The notes under the pieces were generated by a model. It was not told the DNA's origin, searched no databases, and was given only the letters and a program-made list of their open reading frames with translations. 64,000 nucleotides of DNA from an uncultured Candidatus Saccharimonas sp. (GTDB lineage: Bacteria > Patescibacteriota > Saccharimonadia > Saccharimonadales > AWTP1-31), in NCBI GenBank assembly GCA_943354005.1, contig CALRBE010000002.1, positions 25,810-89,809 on the forward strand, given 5' to 3'. Below, one piece after another: positions 51,783 to 59,969 of the stretch (positions are counted from its first letter, which is position 1; each line of letters begins with the position of its first letter). The translations under genes and the position numbers were made by a program.

Positions 51783-52739
51783 ATGCAAGGCTCAGAAAAT
51801 AATGAATCACCAGCGGTACCAAATCCTAACCAGGCAGCTCCTGTAATGCCTCAACCTCCAACTGCAGTTCCTCCCATGGCTCCAGCTGTTCCCGCAGCCC
51901 CGATCCCAGCTCCTCAAGCCGTACCTCAAGCTAGCATGAACATGACTAGTCAACCAGTTGCGCCTATTGTACCTGGACAAATGGAACCCCAAGCCAATAG
52001 CCAGAACCCTAAAAGTAGTAAAGATTTTTTTGTACTACTAGCAGCGCTTATACCTATAGTAGGAATTGTAATGGGTATTATATTTACAGCAAAAGGAGCC
52101 AAGCAAAAAGATAAAAGAAAAGGAATTATTGGTATTTCTACCGTAATCCTTTCCTTAATCATCGGTAGCCTAAGTTTCTTTTTCTTACTACCATTAATTT
52201 CAGGCGCAAAATACTCTAAGACTCAAGTAGTCAATTTAAAGCTAGGTGACTCTGAATATAAAATTACTATCCCAGAAGCGTTTAAATCGGATAATCCGCC
52301 AGACAATACACAGGGAAGTTATGTGATTAATTCAGAAAAAAAAGACGAAACTGAAGATGTTGCTCAATTTAGATACGATATTTTAGACCAAAGTTTCTTG
52401 AATGGCGAATTCGAAGGAGTGACTTTAACACCTGATAATTTGATAGATGAGTTATTAACCAGAGAAGATAAATATAAGAGTGACTTAAAATCTACAGCCG
52501 AATCAGCTGGGTTAAAAGACGTCGTGGTCAGCAATATAGTCAGAGAAGGAAAATCTATTACAACTAACTTTACGGGCAAAAATTCAGACGGCACCGTAAT
52601 GAAAGGTGTAGCTAAGGATTATGTGGATAAAAACTTTTACATTGTACAATTAACAGTTATTGCTTCAAAAAAGGTATGGGATTCCAATAGCAAGTCTTTC
52701 AATGGAATCTTAACCAGCCTAGACTCACAAATAAACTAG
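51783..52739 (+). CDS. hypothetical membrane protein with proline-rich N-terminus
   Basis: 318 aa. PAVPxxP repeats, two TM helices, then a ~190-aa ectodomain. Confidence 0.45.
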   Translation: MQGSENNESPAVPNPNQAAPVMPQPPTAVPPMAPAVPAAPIPAPQAVPQASMNMTSQPVAPIVPGQMEPQANSQNPKSSKDFFVLLAALIPIVGIVMGIIFTAKGAKQKDKRKGIIGISTVILSLIIGSLSFFFLLPLISGAKYSKTQVVNLKLGDSEYKITIPEAFKSDNPPDNTQGSYVINSEKKDETEDVAQFRYDILDQSFLNGEFEGVTLTPDNLIDELLTREDKYKSDLKSTAESAGLKDVVVSNIVREGKSITTNFTGKNSDGTVMKGVAKDYVDKNFYIVQLTVIASKKVWDSNSKSFNGILTSLDSQIN

Positions 52740-52828
52740 TAAATTACGAACATTTAATGGACTTGATCCAAGGTAAATAGTTTAATATTTAGAGCAAGCA
52801 AAACTTGATGCTATAAATGATACAAGCT

Positions 52829-53944
52829 TTAATTTAAAGCTTTCACGTATATATCATGTGTCTCTTTAGCCATCTTTTCCCATGAGTACTTTTTAACCTG
52901 GGCATGACCCTTTTTAATCAAATCTTTACGAAGCTCAGTATCGCTTAGGATCCGCTCTATTTTAAGCGATATGTCTTCAATATTTTCTGGATTAAAGAAT
53001 AGAGCAGCACTGCCATAAATTTCTGGCAGGCAAGTTGCGTTACTGCTAACAACTGGGGCACCATGCACCATAGCTTCAAGACCTGGCAAGCCAAAACCTT
53101 CTGAAAGAGAAGGGAATACATATGCCTGGCAATGAGTGTATAGCCACTTAAGTTCAGCATCTGATACAAAGCCCGGAGTTATAACATGGTCAGATAATCC
53201 AAGTTTACGGACTGCTTTATCTAACTTCTCGTAGTACTGCTCTTTCTTCCCAGCAAGCACCAGCTTAAGTTCGGGGTGTTTTTCTAATAATTCAGGCATG
53301 ACACTTAAGAGGGAAGACAGGTTCTTATGAGGAAAAGCTGTACCGACATACATTAAGAACTGATCTTTATTCCCTATAAAGCCAGGCTGTACGGCAGCCA
53401 TAGAAAGGGGAGGCTCACTGGCGCAGTATGTTGTAGTAGTTTTGCCTTTTGTGAATGGATAATTCTTAGCTAGATCATTCTTAACATAGTTACTTATCGT
53501 AATAATAGCTTTGGACTTCTTATTGCTGTACCAAAATAGGAACCGGTAGGCTGCCATTTTTACCCAAAAAATAGGTAAAGGTGTTTTCCCTGCTCGAGTA
53601 AAACGTAACATCGTCAGATCAAGTGTTGAAGTAACGACTGGCCTGAAGTAGAACAAAGGTTGTTGATTCAAAGGAAAATGTACTAAATCTGCCCGTAGTC
53701 TGTATAGAAGATGTGCAAACCCTATCTGGTCGATTGGATTAAATGAGAATTGTTTGTACTTACACGGTGTGCCGCAGAAGTTTTCTTTACGGGGCTTCCA
53801 ATCATCATCTGGCTGCAGGAGTATCGTGTAGTTATTCTCAGAATCGATATCCTGTAAGTGTTCAATTAGCCTATCGACATAACGACCAGTGCTGGCTCTA
53901 CGAATTCGAGCATCTATGACAATGTGTTTTTGTGGTTGTTTCAT
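52829..53944 (-). CDS. glycosyltransferase family 4 (GT-B, GT1 Pfam class)
   Basis: EGFGLPGLEAMVHGAPVV motif. Start trimmed to MKQPQKHIVIDARI; the alternative upstream ATG is at 53959. Confidence 0.8.
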   Translation of the reverse strand: MKQPQKHIVIDARIRRASTGRYVDRLIEHLQDIDSENNYTILLQPDDDWKPRKENFCGTPCKYKQFSFNPIDQIGFAHLLYRLRADLVHFPLNQQPLFYFRPVVTSTLDLTMLRFTRAGKTPLPIFWVKMAAYRFLFWYSNKKSKAIITISNYVKNDLAKNYPFTKGKTTTTYCASEPPLSMAAVQPGFIGNKDQFLMYVGTAFPHKNLSSLLSVMPELLEKHPELKLVLAGKKEQYYEKLDKAVRKLGLSDHVITPGFVSDAELKWLYTHCQAYVFPSLSEGFGLPGLEAMVHGAPVVSSNATCLPEIYGSAALFFNPENIEDISLKIERILSDTELRKDLIKKGHAQVKKYSWEKMAKETHDIYVKALN

Positions 53945-53966
53945 AAAGTAATAGTACAATTATAAG

Positions 53967-55271
53967 ATGAATGACATAAAACGCCTACCAGCTAAAGCAG
54001 TATACCTATTGTTAGCCTATATGCCCTTCCATATTTTCCTAGCTCAATCCCTAAGCTTATTGACTGGAGGACTAAGTGTCTGGAAGGTCGCAAAGGACGT
54101 TTTCTTAGGTCTAGCCGTTCTGATTACTATCTTTTTGGTATATAAACATAAGAAACAGAATAAGATATTCACCCTACTATTAATACTTGCAATCGCCTAC
54201 GGCCTACAACACTTGCTAGTCTGGTTTATGCAGCCAGGGATATATAAGCCAACTGCAATACTCGGAACGGTATATAACGTAAGGGTCGTTCTATTTGCTG
54301 TGCTTGGCCTTGGGGCTGCGCTACTAGCCCCAGATTATCTAACCGAAAAGAAAGTTGTACGACTAGTAGTAATAGCCGGCACAGTCATTGCAGCTCTCGG
54401 AGTTATACAATACTTTTTACCCAAAGACTTACTTACTAACTTTGGATATAGCGTTGCACGAGGAGTAAGGCCAGCCTTCTTCATTGATGACAAAGTCAAC
54501 CTCCCAAGGATAATGTCGACTTTAAGAGACCCAAACTCCCTAGCGGTATACTTACTTGTTCCAATTTGTCTTACAATTAGCCTGTTATTTACAAACAAAA
54601 AAGCAAGACAACTATACGTAGGAGCACTGAGCCTGCAGTTACTGGCTCTTTTCTTAACATTCTCTCGGGCTGGCTGGCTAGGAGCGATAATTGCAATAAG
54701 TTCCCTGTTAGCTCTTCACTTTAGGGGCTGGATCCACAAGCATATAAAAATAATCTCAATCTCAATAATCTCAGCAATATTAGTTCTAGGCATCGGAGGG
54801 TATTTATTAAGGGACCAATATGTCGTACAGAACCTAATATTACATAGCGACGAAAGTACAAAGGCAAGCGAAGACTCTAATGCGCTACATCTACGTCTAG
54901 CAAAAGATGGTGCCATAGCCTCATTTAAGGTCCCTGAAGGCTATGGGCCGGGAACTGCAGGTATAGTGTCCATCCAGAGTCCAAGTGGCGGTAAGCTTAC
55001 TGAAAACTACTATATCCAAATAAGTTATGAAATTGGTTTTGTTGGCTTGCTCATTTTCATAGGTATTTGGGGATATGTACTGTTTATACTGCAAAAGAAG
55101 AAGGGAATACTAACCTCAAGCCTACTAGCCAGTGGTATAGCCTATCTTGCGCTAAGCATGCTTATGCACCTATGGACCAATGAAGCTGTTGCTGCACAAT
55201 GGTGGATAATGTCAGGCGTAGTAATTGGTTTGCCGCTCCTACAGAAGAAGAGCAAAAGAATCAAAGGCTAG
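53967..55271 (+). CDS. O-antigen ligase/polymerase (Wzy_C) family membrane protein
   Basis: 434 aa with ~10-12 TM helices. The FSRAGWLGAIIA loop motif is typical of the family. Confidence 0.7.
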   Translation: MNDIKRLPAKAVYLLLAYMPFHIFLAQSLSLLTGGLSVWKVAKDVFLGLAVLITIFLVYKHKKQNKIFTLLLILAIAYGLQHLLVWFMQPGIYKPTAILGTVYNVRVVLFAVLGLGAALLAPDYLTEKKVVRLVVIAGTVIAALGVIQYFLPKDLLTNFGYSVARGVRPAFFIDDKVNLPRIMSTLRDPNSLAVYLLVPICLTISLLFTNKKARQLYVGALSLQLLALFLTFSRAGWLGAIIAISSLLALHFRGWIHKHIKIISISIISAILVLGIGGYLLRDQYVVQNLILHSDESTKASEDSNALHLRLAKDGAIASFKVPEGYGPGTAGIVSIQSPSGGKLTENYYIQISYEIGFVGLLIFIGIWGYVLFILQKKKGILTSSLLASGIAYLALSMLMHLWTNEAVAAQWWIMSGVVIGLPLLQKKSKRIKG

Positions 55272-56232
55272 GTATCTTGGGGGGTCTCTTTTTGTAGAGC
55301 ATTGAATTTATATATCTGGCAGTAACTTTTTTGCTAGATTGTATCCGCTTTCTGTCAGCCAATACTTGTTTTGAATAGGATATAGATTTTAACTTCCCTT
55401 TAATGAACACCAAACCGGATCCTTGCAGAAGGGAGCTTAAGAACAGTCGTACTGATTGAAGGAAAAATAATGGCAAGTATCTGATAAATAGGGAAGTTGG
55501 CATATTTTTAACATATAACATGAAGAAATTCTTTGTTGCATGGTATCTACTGAAATCCCCTAGTTTACTACTTGTGCCAGATACATGATGATAGGCTAAG
55601 GCAGTTGGCTCATACCAGACTTTCCAGCCAGCAAGTTGGGCACGAAAACTTATATCAACATCTTCGTAGTATGCAAAGAATTTCTCATCGAAGAGTCCAA
55701 TTTTTTCAAACATTGAAGCTCTATATAATGAAGCTCCACCGGTCGCACTAAATACGTGTTGGCCTTTAGAAAAAGACTCGTTATCTAGCAGATTGCGATT
55801 ACTAGGAAACGGCATGCCCCATATACTGTACTGATCCCCTGTGCTGTCTATGTGCTTCTTATCCATCCGCATAAATTTACCGGTTATTATTCCAGACTCC
55901 TTATGAAGTTCAGCGGCAGTTACTAAATGCTCTAGCCAATGTTTATCTGCTACAGCATCGTTATTGAATAACGCTATATATTCATATCCACTCTTTAAAG
56001 CAGGCCGTATGCCACGATTAACTCCTCCGGCAAAGCCTGCATTGTCTTTAAACTCAATAAGTTTAACTTTAGGGTGAAAGGCTTTTATCATTGAGACCGA
56101 TTTATCTATGGATCCGTTATCTACAACAATAATGTCATGAGGGAGAGATTGCTTCTCCAATGATTGTAAAGACTCCTTGATAAAGTCTTCGCCATTCCAA
56201 TTTGGTATTACTACAACAACTTTAGTTTTCAT
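55261..56232 (-). CDS. glycosyltransferase family 2
   Basis: Start trimmed to MKTKVVVVIPNWNG. VVDNGSIDKS, FNNDAV (DxD-like) and YYEDVDISFR. Confidence 0.82.
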   Translation of the reverse strand: MKTKVVVVIPNWNGEDFIKESLQSLEKQSLPHDIIVVDNGSIDKSVSMIKAFHPKVKLIEFKDNAGFAGGVNRGIRPALKSGYEYIALFNNDAVADKHWLEHLVTAAELHKESGIITGKFMRMDKKHIDSTGDQYSIWGMPFPSNRNLLDNESFSKGQHVFSATGGASLYRASMFEKIGLFDEKFFAYYEDVDISFRAQLAGWKVWYEPTALAYHHVSGTSSKLGDFSRYHATKNFFMLYVKNMPTSLFIRYLPLFFLQSVRLFLSSLLQGSGLVFIKGKLKSISYSKQVLADRKRIQSSKKVTARYINSMLYKKRPPKIPSL

Positions 56233-56274
56233 ACTGCTAATAAGTATTCTATAATAAATAGGTAAGAACTCCTC

Positions 56275-57075
56275 ATGAAACATATATTCTCAAAGAAAAA
56301 CCGCGCACTATTAAGTGAACTAGTACGAACTGATTTCAAGATTAGATACCAAGGTTCAATACTGGGGTATGCTTGGTCACTGCTAAAGCCACTACTACTT
56401 TTTGTCATTCTATATATTGTATTTGTAAAATTTCTAAAACTTGGAAGTGGCATTCCTAATTACCCAATTTATCTACTTCTTGGAATTGTCATGTGGAGCT
56501 TTTTCGCAGAGATGACAGGATTGGGCATGGGCAGTATCGTTGGCAGAGGAGACCTAATTAGGAAGATTAGAATTCCAAGGTGGATAATAGTCCTCTCGAG
56601 TAGCATAACTGCCCTAATTAATCTGTTCTTGAACTTACTTATAGTATTTGTTTTTCTGCTTATTAACAGCGTAGACATTACAATAAGCATTCTGCTACTG
56701 CCCTTTGCGCTATTTCAGTTGTACCTATTTTCGTTAGGAGTATCTCTTATCCTGGCAACAGCATTCGTTAAATACCGTGATGTCACGCATATTTGGGATG
56801 TTGTATTGCAGGCCTTATTTTACTTAACGCCAATTTTGTACCCACTTTCCATAATAACCCGAACATCTTTTCAAAAGATTTTATTAATCAGTCCGATCGC
56901 AAGTACTATCCAGAACGCGAGGTATGCGACAGTTACGAAAGAAACTATGACCATTGGTCAAGTTTTTTCAAATCAATGGGTAAATATGATACCGATTTTA
57001 ATAACAGTCATCACATTAACTATAGGTATTTTATACTTTAAGAAAGAATCTAAAGACTTCGCGGAGAACTTATAA
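56275..57075 (+). CDS. ABC-2 type polysaccharide exporter permease (Wzm/TagG-like)
   Basis: 266 aa with six TM helices. N-terminal FKIRYQGSILGYAWSLLKPLL signature. Confidence 0.82.
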   Translation: MKHIFSKKNRALLSELVRTDFKIRYQGSILGYAWSLLKPLLLFVILYIVFVKFLKLGSGIPNYPIYLLLGIVMWSFFAEMTGLGMGSIVGRGDLIRKIRIPRWIIVLSSSITALINLFLNLLIVFVFLLINSVDITISILLLPFALFQLYLFSLGVSLILATAFVKYRDVTHIWDVVLQALFYLTPILYPLSIITRTSFQKILLISPIASTIQNARYATVTKETMTIGQVFSNQWVNMIPILITVITLTIGILYFKKESKDFAENL

Positions 57076-58256
57076 TGGAAACAGATGCAATAGTAGTTCA
57101 AGATGTTAGCAAGTCATTCAAGTTACCCCACGAGAAACAGGGTTCAGTAAAAAGTACATTTATTAATATCTTTAAAAGTAAAAAGGGTTATGAGAAACAA
57201 GTTGTTTTAAGAAATGTAAGTTTTAAAGTTAAATCAGGAGAGTTCTTTGGTATTGTTGGGCGTAATGGCTCTGGAAAAAGCACCCTTTTAAAACTATTAG
57301 CCGGAATATATAGCCCTAACGAAGGTGCTCTGCAAGTGAATGGTAGGCTAACCCCTTTTATTGAATTGGGCGTAGGATTTAATCCAGAACTAACTGGTAA
57401 AGAGAATGTATTTTTAAACGGAGCATTATTAGGTTTTGATCGCAAGCAAATGGAAAAAATGTATGATTCAATAGTTTCATTTGCGGAGCTTGAAAGATTC
57501 ATGGATCAAAAACTAAAAAATTATTCATCAGGAATGCAAGTACGACTAGCTTTTTCTATAGCCATTAGGGCAGAGAGTGACATACTCTTGATTGATGAGG
57601 TGTTAGCCGTGGGTGATGCTGCATTTCAACGAAAGTGCTTTGATTATTTCATGAAAATTAAAAAAGATAAGCACACACTTGTTTTAGTTACTCACGATAT
57701 GGGTGCCGTTAGAAGATATTGTGATCGAGCAATAATGATAGATAAAGGCAGGATTGTTTCTAGCGGAAGTCCCGAGAAAGTAGCACAAGCATACCAGAGA
57801 TTGTTCAGTAGCGAATCAGAAGCAAGCTCGACTGAAACCAATACAACTGCAAAAAGATGGGGAAATAAAAAAATGATAGCTACAAAAACTAAGGCACTGA
57901 TATCAGAAGAGAGCATAGCAGTTACAGTTAAATACGAAGCCATGCAAGATATTGGATCTCCAATTCTAGGTTTTCAGATATTAGGCCCTTCCGGTGATAA
58001 CATTGTTGAAGGCAACACAATGCGTGAAAAGATAATAACAAAACCTATGAAGAAGGGCCAGAAAGCAGAAATTACTTGGCGGATACCTAACATAATGGGT
58101 AGCGGTAAATATGAGGTAAGTGTTGCTTCTTGCGATGAATCTACAACTGAGTTCTACGATTGGTACAACGGTGCTGCCTCATTTATAATTAATAAAGATA
58201 ACGAGACAGCAGCTGTCGTAGATCCTAAAATTCAAATTAGTTATCATAAAATATGA
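57075..58256 (+). CDS. polysaccharide ABC exporter ATP-binding protein (Wzt/TagH-like) with C-terminal extension domain
   Basis: GRNGSGKSTLLK, YSSGMQVRLAFS and LLIDEVLAVGD, plus a ~150-aa C-terminal beta-rich domain in the position of the Wzt glycan-terminus-binding module. TAATG overlap with the permease. Confidence 0.85.
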   Translation: METDAIVVQDVSKSFKLPHEKQGSVKSTFINIFKSKKGYEKQVVLRNVSFKVKSGEFFGIVGRNGSGKSTLLKLLAGIYSPNEGALQVNGRLTPFIELGVGFNPELTGKENVFLNGALLGFDRKQMEKMYDSIVSFAELERFMDQKLKNYSSGMQVRLAFSIAIRAESDILLIDEVLAVGDAAFQRKCFDYFMKIKKDKHTLVLVTHDMGAVRRYCDRAIMIDKGRIVSSGSPEKVAQAYQRLFSSESEASSTETNTTAKRWGNKKMIATKTKALISEESIAVTVKYEAMQDIGSPILGFQILGPSGDNIVEGNTMREKIITKPMKKGQKAEITWRIPNIMGSGKYEVSVASCDESTTEFYDWYNGAASFIINKDNETAAVVDPKIQISYHKI

Positions 58257-58960
58257 GCAAAGTAGACACTGCTATAGCTATAAAAACGTGCCCTTGTTGT
58301 GCTGGTATTAATTTTGAACAACAAAAAATTATATGGGATGAGCTTGCAGCTGAATGGGATTTAAGTAAATCAGAACGAAAATATATTGATAGACAGCAAG
58401 GACTGCAGTGCACAAACTGCAGGGCAAATTTAAGATCGATGTGTCTTGCCGCTGCAATCATTAATATATATAACTTTAAGGGAACATTGCAAAATTCTGT
58501 TAAAAAAATGAAACGTAAGTTATCCGTTCTTGAAATTAACGAAGCGGGAACTTTGTCGGAATATTTTGCTAATTTTAATAGGCATACACTCGCAAAATAT
58601 CCAGATGTTAAAATTGAAAATTTACCATATATGGATAATGAGTTTAATCTAGTCATTCATTCAGATACTTTAGAACACGTTAAAGACCCCATTAAGGGGC
58701 TAAAAGAAGTACACAGAGTATTAAAGCCAGGTGGCTTTACATTGTATACGATTCCAATAATACTAGATCGTTTAAGTAAAAGGCGGGTTGGAAAAAAAAG
58801 TTATCATGGCAGTCCCGGCAATGATGAGTACCAAGTTATAACAGAATACGGAGCTGACATGTGGACGCAACTTATGGATGCTGGCTTTAATGAGTGTCGG
58901 CTAATAACCATTGATTACCCAGCAAGCATTGCAATTATTGGATGCAAGCCTAAACAGTAG
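58253..58960 (+). CDS. class I SAM-dependent methyltransferase with N-terminal Cys4 zinc-ribbon
   Basis: CPCC...CTNC, then LEINEAG and DTLEHVKDPIKGLKEVHRVLKPGG (Methyltransf_11-like). Confidence 0.75.
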   Translation: MSKVDTAIAIKTCPCCAGINFEQQKIIWDELAAEWDLSKSERKYIDRQQGLQCTNCRANLRSMCLAAAIINIYNFKGTLQNSVKKMKRKLSVLEINEAGTLSEYFANFNRHTLAKYPDVKIENLPYMDNEFNLVIHSDTLEHVKDPIKGLKEVHRVLKPGGFTLYTIPIILDRLSKRRVGKKSYHGSPGNDEYQVITEYGADMWTQLMDAGFNECRLITIDYPASIAIIGCKPKQ

Positions 58961-59002
58961 TATATAATTAAAAGAGTAGTTGAAAAATTGGAGTTTCATA
59001 GT

Positions 59003-59962
59003 ATGGCTAATAACAAAAATAATAACGCAACATTAAAAGATACCGGCGAGCGAATGATACCCGAATTTAGTGCCGGGCGTGTTGTTTACGGTGAGCATAT
59101 AGTGCGATACGAGGCTGTTTTGCCAATCGTTAAAAATAAAACTGTTTTAGATATAGCCTCTGGCTCAGGATACGGTACAAAACTTCTATCCTCTAATGCA
59201 AAGCACGTTACGGGTGTGGATGTAAGTAAGGAGGCAATTGAGTACTCAAAAGCAAATTATGCCGCCAAAAATGTGACTTTTAAACAAGGTGACGGGGTTA
59301 TTATTCCTCTTGAAGACAATTCTGTTGATATTGTGGTTAGCTTTGAGACAATCGAGCATATAGATAAATATGTTAGCTTTATGAAAGAGATAAAGCGTGT
59401 TTTAAAGAAAGACGGAATATTTATCTTGTCTACACCGAATGATATTGAGTATTCAGTCGAGAATCACTTTCATATTCATGAATTTCAGAAAAAAGAGCTG
59501 CAAGACTTAGTTAATGAGTATTACAGCAACTTACAGACATATTTACAGGTTGACTGGGTCTACTCAGCTATTATGGAAGAAGCTAAAGTAGGCAAAGAAT
59601 GGCGAGAGGAAGTAGATACATTAAACCGCTCTGCAGTAGGATTTGAAAAAGCACTTTATTTTCTTATTATTGCTTCCGACTTAGAGCTTAATTTTAAAAT
59701 AAATTCACTTGCAGTTATATCTGAGCACTGGAGTGAAAGGCAGAACCGTGAAACTGAAATGGTTTTCAAAAAACATATGGATGATCAAGCAGAAATTATT
59801 AAACATTTTCAGAATGAGGCAATACAAGCTCAAGAACGATCAAAAGTTTTTGAGGACCAACTAAAAAAGACAATTAAAGAACTTGATGACATTAAAAGCT
59901 CACCCACATGGAGAGTAACGCACAAATTAAAATCAATAAAGAAAAATACTACTCGACCTTAA
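59003..59962 (+). CDS. class I SAM-dependent methyltransferase with C-terminal coiled coil
   Basis: VLDIASGSGYG (motif I) and SFETIEHIDKYVSFMKEIKRVLKKDG. The C-terminal ~70 aa are heptad-like (QAEIIKHFQNEAIQAQERSKVFEDQLKKTIKELDDIK). Start moved to the first ATG. Confidence 0.75.
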   Translation: MANNKNNNATLKDTGERMIPEFSAGRVVYGEHIVRYEAVLPIVKNKTVLDIASGSGYGTKLLSSNAKHVTGVDVSKEAIEYSKANYAAKNVTFKQGDGVIIPLEDNSVDIVVSFETIEHIDKYVSFMKEIKRVLKKDGIFILSTPNDIEYSVENHFHIHEFQKKELQDLVNEYYSNLQTYLQVDWVYSAIMEEAKVGKEWREEVDTLNRSAVGFEKALYFLIIASDLELNFKINSLAVISEHWSERQNRETEMVFKKHMDDQAEIIKHFQNEAIQAQERSKVFEDQLKKTIKELDDIKSSPTWRVTHKLKSIKKNTTRP

Positions 59963-59969
59963 AGCAGCG

